Shown here one piece after another: positions 1-10,689 of a stretch of DNA of 64,000 nucleotides. The position numbers and the translations under genes were made by a program. Below the pieces are notes generated by a model, which was not told the DNA's origin, did not search any database, and saw nothing but the letters and a program-made list of their open reading frames with translations. Every line of letters begins with the position of its first letter. The stretch's first letter is position 1. Source of the DNA: a phage; the NCBI GenBank assembly GCA_020619395.1, contig GCA_020619395.1_4860.1. One strand, given 5' to 3'.

Positions 1-35
1 GAAAGACCGCAAAAGAGCTGGTTTACGATCTCATC

Positions 36-539
36 GTGTCTCAGAATCCTGGACTGACTGGTAAGGGCGTGACAATCGATAAATTGTCGTTCGGTAACCC
101 GGCACACATCACCGTAGCCGATCCTGACCCAGAGCAATACACCAGACTGAACACCAACCTTGATGTTTCTGGTATCATTGAGAAGGGTACGTTCGGTAAG
201 ATGGGTCTTACTTATCGACGATTGGACGTAGCACATTTGTTTGAGAACGTCGTGTTGTCTGTCGATGGCACCGGTGTGTCGACTGCTGCCGATCTTGTTC
301 CCTTGCTGCGAACCAAATACAATTGGTTAATCGACACAACCGAGATTTACGCGACAGAATCAATGACCTCCTCCACGAAACACAATCTGCGTTTCAATGG
401 AAAGTCGCTGGCGTGGACAGGTACGGTTGAGGTTTATTTGACCGAAGTTCCGAGCGATGGTGTCGATATCAGTAAACTGATTACCGTTACTGAGTTGAAC
501 GGTCTGGTTTATGACGTTTCCGACATGGCTCAAGCGTAA
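36..539 (+). CDS. hypothetical protein (may be 5'-truncated; frame is open back to position 3)
   Basis: 167-aa ORF with GTG start at 36; no in-frame stop upstream to window edge; followed by hairpin terminator 556-597. Confidence 0.5.
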   Translation: MSQNPGLTGKGVTIDKLSFGNPAHITVADPDPEQYTRLNTNLDVSGIIEKGTFGKMGLTYRRLDVAHLFENVVLSVDGTGVSTAADLVPLLRTKYNWLIDTTEIYATESMTSSTKHNLRFNGKSLAWTGTVEVYLTEVPSDGVDISKLITVTELNGLVYDVSDMAQA

Positions 540-555
540 CAAAAAAAATAAGTAA

Positions 556-597
556 TGCGAGTACCCCGTTAGGGGTACTCGTTTGCTTTTATTTTTT
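556..597. terminator. bidirectional rho-independent terminator
   Basis: stem cgagtacccc/ggggtactcg with gtta loop, T-run on plus side and A-run (T-run on minus) on the other; sits between convergent genes. Confidence 0.6.
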
Positions 598-1033
598 AGC
601 GTTCGATAATCACTTTTACGATGTCTTTTACCGGAGGGTAATACCACAGTACCACGCTGTTTCGTCCCAAGTCTTTTGGAAACGTTTGGCAATATGCAAT
701 GTCGGTGCCGAAGCGCTCAGAGAGCTTTAAAACGTTCTCTGGGAACTGACAACCACCACGCCAGTCGTGTGTATAGAGTACCTGCTGTAATAACTTCACA
801 TTAGCATCGAAGAAGTACAGATTTTCTACCGGCGCAATGTGTGGTACCGGAATTGGTGTGTCGGTGAGTACGAACTCCAAACCACCGCATTGTTCTGAAC
901 GCTCCGCTAGGAATTTCAGATGCCATGGCATTAGACCGTGGTCTTCCCAGACGATATTGTTGACCAGTAAACGATCAACGTATTCGTCGTAATCAACCGT
1001 GAACAGTTTCTTCGCCATCGGTAAACGCCTCAT
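596..1033 (-). CDS. hypothetical protein
   Basis: 145-aa ORF in compact minus-strand array; no recognisable motif. Confidence 0.5.
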   Translation of the reverse strand: MRRLPMAKKLFTVDYDEYVDRLLVNNIVWEDHGLMPWHLKFLAERSEQCGGLEFVLTDTPIPVPHIAPVENLYFFDANVKLLQQVLYTHDWRGGCQFPENVLKLSERFGTDIAYCQTFPKDLGRNSVVLWYYPPVKDIVKVIIER

Positions 1034-1934
1034 CTTTTACAGTAAGGGAACCGTTTACTTCGATTTCAGCAGCGGTCATGTCTGCTTCTTTAACGAAGAT
1101 ACCGTCCGCGTTCAGGAAACCCTTACGGTCTTTGATTTCATCCCATGCCAGAGAGAAGCACTGTTCCAGCGTCATATCGTACGCATTAGCCAGCGCATTG
1201 GCGTATTCGACCATCTGAGCGAAGTGACATTCGATCATTACCGCGTCGCTGTTCTCGAAGTGTTTATATTCGAGTTGCTTATCCGAGTCGATGCCTGCCT
1301 GATCCCAGATATAATCAACCGCACAAGTAAGATGGAAACGCATTTTGTGGAACAGGTAATGACTGTTCCCGGCGTGTGGTTTCTTTGAACGTGCGTCGTT
1401 GACGTATGTGCTGATATCGGTTGAGTCAAACTTAATGAGTTCCATCAAGTTAACCAACACGACCAGAGCATCACCGATACCGTCCATGATGTAACGACGT
1501 TTGTTTTTACTGATACCGGTTGCCGCTTCACCGTCTTCTTCGTAGAGTTTGGTGGCTTGGCTATACCAGACGCCGTTATCCAGAATACCACGCGCTTTAG
1601 ACCAACCCATAACGTTAGTAATACATTGTGGGATGGTGTACAAAGGTACGTAACGCGGACGATCAACCGTACCACGATACTCGACACCTTCCAACGTCCA
1701 CGGCATTTCGAAATCATTTATTTCCAAACTCTGGTCGCCCGTGAAGACTTTACCTTCGACGTAAGTGTGACCGGTTTCACTGTTCACGCATAGGGTGTAC
1801 AGTTTCTCAAAGGACCACGGTTCAACAAACTGACGTTGGCAGAATCCAGCCAGAAGCTCATTAATCTGTGCCAGGTACTGGTTAGGTTCAACAATAACGT
1901 TATACGGAATCTGGATAATGAAACGTTCGCCCAT
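993..1934 (-). CDS. hypothetical protein
   Basis: 313-aa ORF; acidic, no recognisable catalytic motif. Confidence 0.55.
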   Translation of the reverse strand: MGERFIIQIPYNVIVEPNQYLAQINELLAGFCQRQFVEPWSFEKLYTLCVNSETGHTYVEGKVFTGDQSLEINDFEMPWTLEGVEYRGTVDRPRYVPLYTIPQCITNVMGWSKARGILDNGVWYSQATKLYEEDGEAATGISKNKRRYIMDGIGDALVVLVNLMELIKFDSTDISTYVNDARSKKPHAGNSHYLFHKMRFHLTCAVDYIWDQAGIDSDKQLEYKHFENSDAVMIECHFAQMVEYANALANAYDMTLEQCFSLAWDEIKDRKGFLNADGIFVKEADMTAAEIEVNGSLTVKDEAFTDGEETVHG

Positions 1935-1950
1935 TTTGATAGCTCCTTAA

Positions 1951-1990
1951 ACAAAAAAATAAGTAGGGTGTCCATATGGACACCCTAATA
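1951..1990 (-). terminator. rho-independent terminator (minus-strand oriented)
   Basis: palindrome agggtgtccatatggacaccct followed on minus strand by T-run (plus aaacaaaaaaat). Confidence 0.55.
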
Positions 1991-1996
1991 CGTATT

Positions 1997-2185
1997 TTAA
2001 ATCTTGCACGCACCACCGGTGCAGTTGTCGTCGTCTTTCGACGGGTCAACGCCACCTTCCACACCTGCGTCCGGGTCAAGTCCAGGGATAACCATCTCGT
2101 CATCTGGAGACATGTTTACATCCGCACCTAACCCATCACGATACATGAACGTTGTGGCTTGCCCACGACCGAGTTCTCCAGCCAT
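1997..2185 (-). CDS. hypothetical small protein (Asp/Gly-rich)
   Basis: 62-aa ORF filling gap between terminator and next gene. Confidence 0.35.
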   Translation of the reverse strand: MAGELGRGQATTFMYRDGLGADVNMSPDDEMVIPGLDPDAGVEGGVDPSKDDDNCTGGACKI

Positions 2186-2197
2186 ATTTTCCTCTAC

Positions 2198-2677
2198 TTA
2201 ATTAATCAGGTGTATCACAACGTCTGGCGTTACTACGTCGACCAGACTGCGATAGATTTTATCGTAACTGAACTTGTTGAAGAAGAAACCCGCTTCGTCG
2301 ACAATAACCAAACCGAATTTCTCGTAGCCGGATACACCAGCACCCGTCGCGCGTTTCCAACCCTCAGGCAAGTAGTTACAGTGCACGGTCAGCCATCCGA
2401 TCCCGGCAGCCTTTTCATGGAACTTCTCCACCACTTCGTTTCGTAACGCTTCGTTGTGAACCAGATACAGAACGCTGCCGTGGAACTTTGCTGACATATC
2501 AACAGCGTGTGTTGTAACGCCTTTCTGACGACCAGCGCCATAGCGGATAGTGCGGAACTCACTCAGTGCAATATGCGGTAAAAAGCCACAGCTACGGGCT
2601 TCATCGGAGTCCAGTTCGATAAGACCTTTGGACAGTTCTTTTACTACGGCACGATAATCGATCCGAGTTATAGACAT
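2198..2677 (-). CDS. hypothetical protein
   Basis: 159-aa ORF; contains VIVDEAGFF-like segment but no P-loop. Confidence 0.5.
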   Translation of the reverse strand: MSITRIDYRAVVKELSKGLIELDSDEARSCGFLPHIALSEFRTIRYGAGRQKGVTTHAVDMSAKFHGSVLYLVHNEALRNEVVEKFHEKAAGIGWLTVHCNYLPEGWKRATGAGVSGYEKFGLVIVDEAGFFFNKFSYDKIYRSLVDVVTPDVVIHLIN

Positions 2678-2688
2678 CTGTTTTCACC

Positions 2689-3456
2689 TTATTTGTAATT
2701 AACCATATACGGCGAGCCCTGCTTAGTAAAGCCAACCGTCATCTTGCTCGCCTCTTCTTTTACCCATGCGGGTAATTCTTCACGGAATGCCGGGTTCAGG
2801 AACCAAATCTGCTCATAGCGCCCGTCAATCTTTTCAACAACACGTTCCCAACCTTCGACGTACGTCAACGAGAACCATTTAGAACGCGCCTGGCGTGCCC
2901 AGTAGTGGTATTCGATGGTTCGACCGACGTGAGTCAAGACATCAATCAGAACTTGGTAGAAGCTCGGCTTTCCGATAACATGGGTATACTCGAAGATAAC
3001 AGACTCTTCGCCAGGGACGAAGTTATCTTCAAAATTCTTCTCCCCTGTTAACGGTACCATTATCGTGTCGTTGTTGATACACAGCAACCAGTGCTTATTC
3101 GAAAATATCGGCGTATCGCCTGAGAAACGAGCCCAGCGATAATTTTCAATCGCGACGCCAATCTGTGGCCGTAGTGTATCGACCACCTTCGCTATCGCTG
3201 CAGGGTCTATCGGCTCATAAACCAGACAAATCGCTTGCGCTTGCTCTCTTTCCTGCTCAGGTTCCGCAGGTCGTGGTCGCCGCCCCAGCATCAAAATCCC
3301 ACTGAGATTAGTTTCCCCAATCTCAATGATTTCTATTTCGCTAGTGGGAAGCTGCCGTTTAGCGTCCTCCATGTCGACGGCCCCTAATAACCCGTATTCG
3401 TAGTCGTCGAATTCCACCGTGTAGAATTCATCGGAGAACGCAAAGAGTTTCATCAT
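2689..3456 (-). CDS. hypothetical protein
   Basis: 255-aa ORF, tight spacing with neighbours. Confidence 0.55.
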   Translation of the reverse strand: MMKLFAFSDEFYTVEFDDYEYGLLGAVDMEDAKRQLPTSEIEIIEIGETNLSGILMLGRRPRPAEPEQEREQAQAICLVYEPIDPAAIAKVVDTLRPQIGVAIENYRWARFSGDTPIFSNKHWLLCINNDTIMVPLTGEKNFEDNFVPGEESVIFEYTHVIGKPSFYQVLIDVLTHVGRTIEYHYWARQARSKWFSLTYVEGWERVVEKIDGRYEQIWFLNPAFREELPAWVKEEASKMTVGFTKQGSPYMVNYK

Positions 3457-3457
3457 C

Positions 3458-3721
3458 TTATTTCTCCATTGTTTTAAAGAGAACGTCTACGCTGTTACGG
3501 AGCATATTCAGTTCTTCTTCTTTCTTACGCAGCAGCATTTCAGGAGCGTTCTTTGCAAACTCTTTCAATGCCATTTGGACGACATGCGAATCGGTTTCGT
3601 CCGGAAACAGGGCCTTTAATGCAACCCATTCTTCCGCCGTGAAAACATCGCCTTTGCGAACGTTACGCTGTTGTGGTAGTCGAATTGTTTTACTGAGTCG
3701 GTCAGTCATAGCTCCACCCAA
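3458..3721 (-). CDS. hypothetical protein
   Basis: 87-aa ORF, 1-nt gap to upstream gene. Confidence 0.45.
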   Translation of the reverse strand: MGGAMTDRLSKTIRLPQQRNVRKGDVFTAEEWVALKALFPDETDSHVVQMALKEFAKNAPEMLLRKKEEELNMLRNSVDVLFKTMEK

Positions 3722-4242
3722 ATCAGTTTAAAGGTATTACCTTCTAAGCCGGTCGGATGGATAATCATCGCTTCGGTATAGATAGGCTCTTCTTCTGCAA
3801 TACGGTGCTCAGCTGCTAAGCCTGAAAGGTGCATGTAGAGGTCTTCATCCATATCCCCGTTAAAAGATGAGGTCAGGATGAAAGGTGTGGATTCTGCGAT
3901 TTGCAAAAGCGTTTCTTTGCTAATCTGCATCTCCATTGTCCGACGTCGTTCCATCCAACTGCCTTGTTCGTGGATATACGGGTCGGTATTAATGCGAACG
4001 ACAGGTTCCGTAGACACACCCAGACCACGCGACATCATCTGGATGGCCAGAAGCGTCCACCATTCTTGTTCAGCTATCGGGAAACCGATAGCTTTCATCG
4101 TCCCGTCCGGTTGTGGAACGTGCAGTTGTCCACGATGTTCGTCTGGAAACTCGATGATCTTCTGTCCATTGACAGGAATAAACGGCGGTTCGTCCGTAGC
4201 AACCACCACTTTAGGTTTGAATGGAACGACGTTGTCAACCAT
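3706..4242 (-). CDS. hypothetical protein
   Basis: 178-aa ORF. Confidence 0.5.
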   Translation of the reverse strand: MVDNVVPFKPKVVVATDEPPFIPVNGQKIIEFPDEHRGQLHVPQPDGTMKAIGFPIAEQEWWTLLAIQMMSRGLGVSTEPVVRINTDPYIHEQGSWMERRRTMEMQISKETLLQIAESTPFILTSSFNGDMDEDLYMHLSGLAAEHRIAEEEPIYTEAMIIHPTGLEGNTFKLIWVEL

Positions 4243-4254
4243 AAACGCTCCTAA

Positions 4255-5292
4255 TTAGATAGCGACAGGCGCAGATATTTTTTCATGAGACTGATACCCA
4301 ACGATCTCAAAATCTTCGAATTTATAATCGAAGATAGATTCCGGTTTACGCTTGATGATCAGTTTCGGTAAAGGTAACGGCTCACGCGTCAGCTGCAGCT
4401 TGGCCTGCTCCAGATGGTTGGAGTACAGATGTACGTCACCACCACTCCAAACGAAATCGCCTGGCACCATGTTAACTTGCTGAGCTACCATGTGTACGAG
4501 TAATGCGTAAGACGCGATGTTGAACGGTGTTCCCAGGAAGAAGTCTTGGGAACGTGCATACAGCTGACATGAAAGAATGCGGCGAGGTATTTCAAGTGCG
4601 TCCATCTCAACGTGGAACACTGCGTCATCTGCTACAGCTTCATTACTAAAGCGGGAATCGTTAAATTGATCTGGAAGGTTCTTTTCAAACCAATCAAGAC
4701 GCTCGTCGATAGACAGCTCACGAGTGTAGAACTGAAAGAACGCATGACACGGAGCTAACGCCATTTGATCCAACTCACCCACATTCCATGCACTGACAAT
4801 AATACGGCGACTGTCAGGATCGTTACGCAGTTGGTCAATCACCTTGGAGATTTGGTCGTGCAGTTTCAGAAGTACACGCGCATCGAACATTTGTGAACCG
4901 TCGTCCGCGTCGCCATAATCCACGTATCCTGCATCTTGCAGTTTCTCGAGTAAAGCTGCGTTTTTCTTAGGCACCAGTTTCACATCTTTCCAACGTCTCC
5001 ACTGTTCCCCATACAGGGGGCCAAGGTTCCCATTTTCATCTTGCCACTCCCGCCAAATGGTAACGCCGTTATCTTCCAGATATTTGGTGTTGGTATCGCC
5101 ACTAAGGAACCACAGCAGTTCGTGAATAATAGAACGCAGGTGGAGTTTTTTAGTCGTGACTAACGGGAAACCTTTGCGCAAATCAAAACGCATTTGGCGA
5201 CCAAAGACGGAGAGCGTCCCTGTCCCAGTACGATCGTCCTTAACATGCCCTTCATCCAGAATATTCTGCATCATTTCAAGATACTGTTTCAC
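4255..5292 (-). CDS. thyA: thymidylate synthase family protein (ThyA-like) with two large in-frame insertions
   Basis: DRTGTGT, ALAPCH (catalytic Cys), [10 protein letters not shown] and a C-terminus near-identical to E. coli ThyA ([16 protein letters not shown]...APVAI); GTG start at 5292 directly after upstream stop; about 50-aa and about 48-aa insertions relative to E. coli ThyA. Confidence 0.85.
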   Translation of the reverse strand: MKQYLEMMQNILDEGHVKDDRTGTGTLSVFGRQMRFDLRKGFPLVTTKKLHLRSIIHELLWFLSGDTNTKYLEDNGVTIWREWQDENGNLGPLYGEQWRRWKDVKLVPKKNAALLEKLQDAGYVDYGDADDGSQMFDARVLLKLHDQISKVIDQLRNDPDSRRIIVSAWNVGELDQMALAPCHAFFQFYTRELSIDERLDWFEKNLPDQFNDSRFSNEAVADDAVFHVEMDALEIPRRILSCQLYARSQDFFLGTPFNIASYALLVHMVAQQVNMVPGDFVWSGGDVHLYSNHLEQAKLQLTREPLPLPKLIIKRKPESIFDYKFEDFEIVGYQSHEKISAPVAI

Positions 5293-5294
5293 AA

Positions 5295-6233
5295 TTATTT
5301 TCCTTTCAATAAATTCAAAATGTCTCTTAAATCGTCGTTCGCACAAATGTTTACAGCGTTACCGTCGAACTTAACATCAACGCGAGGGTTACGATTGAAC
5401 AACATTTGTTTTCTTACTATCCACGGTTCAAAGTGCGCCTTGAGAAGCTCTTGCAGCTTTTCGTTCATAATGTCCTCCATCCGCAGCAATAGCTGCGGCA
5501 TGGCGACTTCACCGTTATGTTCGGTTTGTAAATCATTCGATGTGGCCAAAAGGCAATTTACAATAATGTCGTGAACTGACTCGTTGGTTTTGTACACCGT
5601 CTGATAGGTTTGTTTCGCCAAATCATCGTCGGATAACGGCAACGATGCTTTGAGCAGTTCGCCGAGCGTGCTTGTCGTTTCAGGCGTCTTAACGAGCTTA
5701 CGATGGCCATTAAAAACAACACGGTCAAACTCCAGCCCGCAACGACACGCCAACAATTGATACTGTCTCATCAACTTACGAAGCAGCGCGCTATAACTCT
5801 TAGGGTCAGGTTCTGGTTCACGCAAAACAACACTAACGGTCTCGACTGCAATTAACATGAGCTGCTGCAGTTGTCCTTCTTTCGTGCCTGTTGTAGTACG
5901 AACAGACACCGCATCACTCAACGGAACGACAATATCACCGAGGTTAGAATGTGGACCGAGGTGTAGCAGCGCGGCAAATGTCCAAATCGATTCACCGATA
6001 CCGGCAGCCACCTTTAAGTTATCCAGTTCATCGACACCTGCTGAGATCCTGCCGAGTGTGACGTAATACTTCACCAACTGACGTTCAGTCGCTTTCTGTT
6101 GGTAAATATCTGTCTTGCGAAACCACTCTTCGACTGCCTGAACTTGCTGAATGATGCTAGGCACAGACTTCTTCCTCCCGATACGCGTAGCAGATTGCAA
6201 AGTTAAGCTGGCCGGTTGCGCGAGAAACGACAA
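5295..6233 (-). CDS. hypothetical protein
   Basis: 312-aa ORF; true start may be internal because the 5' end overlaps next gene by 77 nt. Confidence 0.5.
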   Translation of the reverse strand: MSFLAQPASLTLQSATRIGRKKSVPSIIQQVQAVEEWFRKTDIYQQKATERQLVKYYVTLGRISAGVDELDNLKVAAGIGESIWTFAALLHLGPHSNLGDIVVPLSDAVSVRTTTGTKEGQLQQLMLIAVETVSVVLREPEPDPKSYSALLRKLMRQYQLLACRCGLEFDRVVFNGHRKLVKTPETTSTLGELLKASLPLSDDDLAKQTYQTVYKTNESVHDIIVNCLLATSNDLQTEHNGEVAMPQLLLRMEDIMNEKLQELLKAHFEPWIVRKQMLFNRNPRVDVKFDGNAVNICANDDLRDILNLLKGK

Positions 6234-6579
6234 CGGCGATAGTCTGGTCTTCTACACCAGACATCGGTGTGCCTTGGTTAACCATCTGGCCAGCGGCTTT
6301 ACTTACCGGACCCAACAAACGCCAGCTGTACAGACGGCTACGTAACGCGGCGTTTTGTAAGAAAGCGGAGCCGCAATCATAGTCGACATTAAACGCTGCA
6401 AACATTGGACCACAGTCTGCCATCGTGCCGTTTAACGGCAGCTCGCTCGTTACCACAATCTTCACAGGCTTGTCTCTGAGACGCTGTGCTAACGCTTCCC
6501 AGTTAGCGTTATTAGTGCCAGCGATGATGGTGTTGTTCAGAAGTAAGCCAACGCCTTTTTCAAACGCGATATTGTTCAT
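6157..6579 (-). CDS. hypothetical protein
   Basis: 140-aa ORF. Confidence 0.45.
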   Translation of the reverse strand: MNNIAFEKGVGLLLNNTIIAGTNNANWEALAQRLRDKPVKIVVTSELPLNGTMADCGPMFAAFNVDYDCGSAFLQNAALRSRLYSWRLLGPVSKAAGQMVNQGTPMSGVEDQTIAVVVSRATGQLNFAICYAYREEEVCA

Positions 6580-6627
6580 TATAGTTCTCCTTGAGGTCTT
6601 TTACATACGTACAGCCGTGGCCGTAAA

Positions 6628-6990
6628 TTATCGAAGAATAAGAATTTGACTACTGTCGTGCACATTGTACGTATTCATCCTGGGCTTGCTAGGCGGGTTG
6701 AATCCCATCAATAATTCGCTCAATACACGACCAGGCTGCCCACTGAAGATAACCGGGTGTGTGGTGTCTTCACTGTCCCCAAGCCTAGAGAAAGCCACGC
6801 GTGGCGACGCAGCTTGCGTGTAGAGCTGCAGCAGTTGAAACTTACCTTCTGCGAAGGGAGCAAGTTTCTCTTTCCATTCAACTTTAGACGCTTCGTCTAG
6901 TTCCAGCGTGCGTACACGTCTCCCGTCACTATCCGGAACACCACAAACAAACACGATTCCGTGACGATTAAAGAAGAAGCCGATTTGCAT
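6628..6990 (-). CDS. hypothetical protein
   Basis: 120-aa ORF. Confidence 0.45.
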   Translation of the reverse strand: MQIGFFFNRHGIVFVCGVPDSDGRRVRTLELDEASKVEWKEKLAPFAEGKFQLLQLYTQAASPRVAFSRLGDSEDTTHPVIFSGQPGRVLSELLMGFNPPSKPRMNTYNVHDSSQILILR

Positions 6991-7003
6991 TTACATACTC
7001 CTT

Positions 7004-7044
7004 AAGATAAAAAATAAAGATACCCTCTCCCGAAGGAGAGGGCA
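7004..7044 (-). terminator. rho-independent terminator
   Basis: stem ccctctcc/ggagaggg with cgaa loop, T-run on minus strand. Confidence 0.6.
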
Positions 7045-7048
7045 CGAC

Positions 7049-7708
7049 TTAGATGCGGGTTTCATTATCCCAGTAGTCCCGAATGACTTCTTGGTCATCT
7101 GGGTTAGAAGGATTGCCTGGAATAGCGTCTTCTACTGCAAACGGCAATACGTCCTTGATAGACGTCAGCTCAAATCGCTCAACTTCCAGTTCGACTTTTA
7201 CCCACTCGCCGAATGTCGTGGAGTCGCGCAGTTCGTTGACAAGGTCTTCAAACCCTGCTTGCGATTCGATAACCGGATGACCAGCCAGTTTAAAGAACAG
7301 ATCAATATCCCAATGTTTCGCACCTTGCTCTGCCAGCTCGCCTGGCTCGAGTTTGATACGACGCACGAGATGTGCAAGATTGCCATCTTCGTAGAAGGTC
7401 AGACCGGAAGCAAACCCGATATCCGAGTTCTCTTCGATACGACCATCAGATGCTTGTCGTTTTAACGTTAAGACCGCGGTTTTATCGGTGGACAACCGCA
7501 CACGACGTTTGCCGTTAACGACCGGCATGATGACATCCAGGAACGTTTCACCTGTCTGACCAAACAGCCATTGCCAACCTTCTTCAGTGGGTTTAACCCA
7601 CATGCAATACTCACGTTCCTTCTCCGTAGAGATGGACTCACGCGCAACAGTAATGACTTCTTTTTCCTGCTGTTCGTCGAGGTTTTTGAGAATATCAAAT
7701 AGTCCCAT
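7049..7708 (-). CDS. hypothetical protein
   Basis: 219-aa ORF. Confidence 0.55.
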   Translation of the reverse strand: MGLFDILKNLDEQQEKEVITVARESISTEKEREYCMWVKPTEEGWQWLFGQTGETFLDVIMPVVNGKRRVRLSTDKTAVLTLKRQASDGRIEENSDIGFASGLTFYEDGNLAHLVRRIKLEPGELAEQGAKHWDIDLFFKLAGHPVIESQAGFEDLVNELRDSTTFGEWVKVELEVERFELTSIKDVLPFAVEDAIPGNPSNPDDQEVIRDYWDNETRI

Positions 7709-8546
7709 CGTCGATTCCTAGTTTCTTCAAAAGTTCGGTTCGATCAAACGTACTGTCCTCAGGATCGATATGTTCGGCTATCATCTCAATCAGATTCGGT
7801 AGCCAGTCCCAGTGTGCCGGGAATATCTTACGCCCTTGCATCATGTAATAATGCTTAAGCGGGATACGTGCCCGCAGAATCTCCGCAAACACATTACCTA
7901 ACGAAGTCCCGTCGACCGACAGTATAAAGAGTTTATTTACCAGCGCATGGATAAAGCGGCTTTCTGTAACCGGGGTAAATGAACCGGGCTTATAACTGGT
8001 TCCTCCGTAGATTTCCGCTTTCAGATTACGACCTAACCGGATACAGTCGGTGCCATCTAGCGCACGTAACTTCTCAATATCTGGCCAGGTGTTCACCGCT
8101 TGTCGCATGATATCAAATTCCATCACCAAAGTGCGGTTATCAATTTCACGCATTAAGTAATCCAGAATACGCAGGTAATGATAATAACCTTCGAGCGTCC
8201 GGAAAGGGCCGTGGGGGGTAACAAAATACTCACCAGGGCGAGCGTAAAAGTTGCTCGCCATTCGACCTATCTCAGTTCGCCCCTGCGAATAGATGTTGAA
8301 GTGATTCAGACCGTCTGTAGACGGCGTGATATCCACCAAGGTACTCTGGTAACCCATACGCAGTAAATAGCGTACAAAGGCTTCCTTTTCTTCTGGTGGG
8401 AGGATGGGACGTAAAACAGGATATGTAGTTTCTACCGAGGCGGGCAACGTAAACCCAAAAGCAGCCGCCAAAGCATCCACCGATGCACCATCGACACGTA
8501 GACGTTCCAACGCACTACGCAAAAACTTACCTTCATCTTTCGACAT
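7695..8546 (-). CDS. hypothetical protein
   Basis: 283-aa ORF. Confidence 0.55.
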   Translation of the reverse strand: MSKDEGKFLRSALERLRVDGASVDALAAAFGFTLPASVETTYPVLRPILPPEEKEAFVRYLLRMGYQSTLVDITPSTDGLNHFNIYSQGRTEIGRMASNFYARPGEYFVTPHGPFRTLEGYYHYLRILDYLMREIDNRTLVMEFDIMRQAVNTWPDIEKLRALDGTDCIRLGRNLKAEIYGGTSYKPGSFTPVTESRFIHALVNKLFILSVDGTSLGNVFAEILRARIPLKHYYMMQGRKIFPAHWDWLPNLIEMIAEHIDPEDSTFDRTELLKKLGIDDGTI

Positions 8547-8555
8547 AGAGGTACC

Positions 8556-9830
8556 TTACAAGGCGAAATAGCTCTGCACCAGTGTACTGGCAGACTGATA
8601 TTGGACACTACCACCGGCGATAACGTACGGACGTTTCTCGGTGGTCAGGAGTGCTTGAATCGCATTACTGTTAGCGTACGTGTAAAGCTTAAGCTCAACC
8701 ATTCCAGGATTCGTTTTAGAGATATCCCAGTTTGGATTAAGCGCATTAAACAACGTTAACAGTCGCTGACCGTAGGTGCTGTAACCCACCCCCGGCTCAA
8801 CGTTAAGGTTCATCAGAAGATTCTGAATAACAGTATCTGCAATCTCAGCACCTTGACCTGGCTGTAGTTTAGGCAAGTAATACTCAACAGAATTGAGATT
8901 GCCCGCAGCCGCAGCCTGTATCATCAGTTCGCCGTACAACGCTTGTTGTGCAATAGGATCGGTGATAGCCTGAATCATCGGATCGATGCGATTCGGCAGA
9001 CCGTATTGATTGAGCTTTGTGGACATACCGTATATCAACGCAGACGAGGTGTTGATATCCAGCGAGGAGAAATTCCCACTCCCGCCCGTAAAGCTATCAA
9101 TGATCCCGTCGATAGACAAGAAGTCGTCCAGGTCCTTAAAGCTATCAAACGTGTGCGTAACATCGTCAATCAGTGCGGTGACTTGCCACTTGGCGCTATT
9201 GGCCATATCGACGTAGTTACCGATTTCACGCTGTACCTCACCAGGCAGTTTGGCAAGCTGTCCCGCGATGTTCATCGTGGACTCCAGGCGAGCTTTCACT
9301 GACGCATAATCTGTCCCGACCGCGCTTAAAGCGCTATCGCGAAGATCAGTCAGTGTATCCCATCCCTTACTTAACAGGCTACCTGCGCCACCCGGTGAGA
9401 GATAGCTCAGTGCAGTTTTCCCTTCCTGGTTTACCTTCTGAAAGGGTTCGGACACATCGCGCTTCTGCGGATCGATAACCGGCAGCGCTTCTTTCGTGTT
9501 GGAAGCAAAAGTAGGCACACGTTGTGGCGGCGATACTCCGGAAGCCGCTGAACCTGCTGCCTTTTTACCGCCTACCGTGACTTGGTCGCCACCCCCGAAC
9601 ACGTTACCAAATTTCTCACTTATCGTGTTGCCAATGTTGGAGATCTTGTCGAAAGTTTCCCCTGCTTTGGCGGTTACGTTATTGTACAAATTTTGAGCAC
9701 TTTCAATACCGCGCTCGGCATTACCAATCGTTGACTGGACACGGTTTTGAACATCGTTAACTTTGTTCTCTATTGCGCCCGTTGTGCTGCTTATCTGGTT
9801 GGTAATCCCATCAAGGTTGTTCAGTTTCAT
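8556..9830 (-). CDS. hypothetical protein (Ser/Gly/Asn/Thr-rich, possibly virion-associated)
   Basis: 424-aa ORF; composition resembles structural or injected proteins; no catalytic motif. Confidence 0.55.
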   Translation of the reverse strand: MKLNNLDGITNQISSTTGAIENKVNDVQNRVQSTIGNAERGIESAQNLYNNVTAKAGETFDKISNIGNTISEKFGNVFGGGDQVTVGGKKAAGSAASGVSPPQRVPTFASNTKEALPVIDPQKRDVSEPFQKVNQEGKTALSYLSPGGAGSLLSKGWDTLTDLRDSALSAVGTDYASVKARLESTMNIAGQLAKLPGEVQREIGNYVDMANSAKWQVTALIDDVTHTFDSFKDLDDFLSIDGIIDSFTGGSGNFSSLDINTSSALIYGMSTKLNQYGLPNRIDPMIQAITDPIAQQALYGELMIQAAAAGNLNSVEYYLPKLQPGQGAEIADTVIQNLLMNLNVEPGVGYSTYGQRLLTLFNALNPNWDISKTNPGMVELKLYTYANSNAIQALLTTEKRPYVIAGGSVQYQSASTLVQSYFAL

Positions 9831-10689
9831 TGGAACTCCAGAATCTATACGTCGCTAACGGAACGTTGTCGCTGACCTCATATTCTCTACCACTGCGATG
9901 GCGAACTTTGAAAGTGATTTCGAACTCACGTACGTCCAGCGCTTGTAAGATTATTAGAAACCAACGCCAGGTGATTGCCTCGGTGTGACGCATCGCCTGT
10001 TTCATGTTGTTTCGTCTGTCCCCACGTTTGGATGATGTGCCTGGGCACAACTTAGGGTTGTTGACGTAGTTCGTCGTCCACCGTTCCAGTTTATCGCCAT
10101 CGATTTTATACCCACGAATAACTTTGTAGATTAGACGCAGGAGAATATGCTTCATCACATGTTCGATGGTGTGGTCGATGTTCGCGACATACTCGTTAAC
10201 GTCGTGAGATGCAGGATGCTCGAAACGCTCTTTACGTTTCTTCCTATTCTCATTACGTAAGTTCTTAATGAAGTCCTCACGCACAAACGTACTGTCGAAT
10301 ACAAAACACTTCGTGTCAAAGCTTCCCCGCTTAGTCAGCAGGGTGACTGTTAGCGTTTGCATCTCCAGGATAACTAATCCCTCGATGAAACGTTTCCACG
10401 TAAAATCGACTGTCAGGTTACGTACTGAACCACCCGTAAGTGAGGTGTTCAGCCGGTTAACGCGGTCGGTCATCGTGGTCAGTTTGCTGTCGCGAAACTG
10501 TTTCAGATACTCCGGGTCGTTGACATGTTGACGGATAAGGTCTTTCCATATCCCGTCGCTAATACCCATCAACTTAACCAGATTCCAATAAGCTTTCCTT
10601 AACGGGTAGCTGGAATCTGACGCCGGTGGCGTACCGTGCCAAATTTGCTCGCGTGTGCTATTCAGCGGCGGCTTTTTCTCATCATCCAT
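9811..10689 (-). CDS. hypothetical protein
   Basis: 292-aa ORF; basic KR-rich segment. Confidence 0.5.
   Translation of the reverse strand: MDDEKKPPLNSTREQIWHGTPPASDSSYPLRKAYWNLVKLMGISDGIWKDLIRQHVNDPEYLKQFRDSKLTTMTDRVNRLNTSLTGGSVRNLTVDFTWKRFIEGLVILEMQTLTVTLLTKRGSFDTKCFVFDSTFVREDFIKNLRNENRKKRKERFEHPASHDVNEYVANIDHTIEHVMKHILLRLIYKVIRGYKIDGDKLERWTTNYVNNPKLCPGTSSKRGDRRNNMKQAMRHTEAITWRWFLIILQALDVREFEITFKVRHRSGREYEVSDNVPLATYRFWSSNETEQP

Noticed and set aside
2198-2677. Thymidine-kinase-like assignment based on VIVDEAGFF
   Set aside because: No N-terminal P-loop and the motif is near the C-terminus, inconsistent with TK architecture.
3878-4258. Plus-strand ORFs 3878-4258 and 3901-4254 antisense to the minus-strand gene 3706-4242
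   Set aside because: Fully embedded antisense to a better-supported gene in a uniformly minus-strand operon; no start context.
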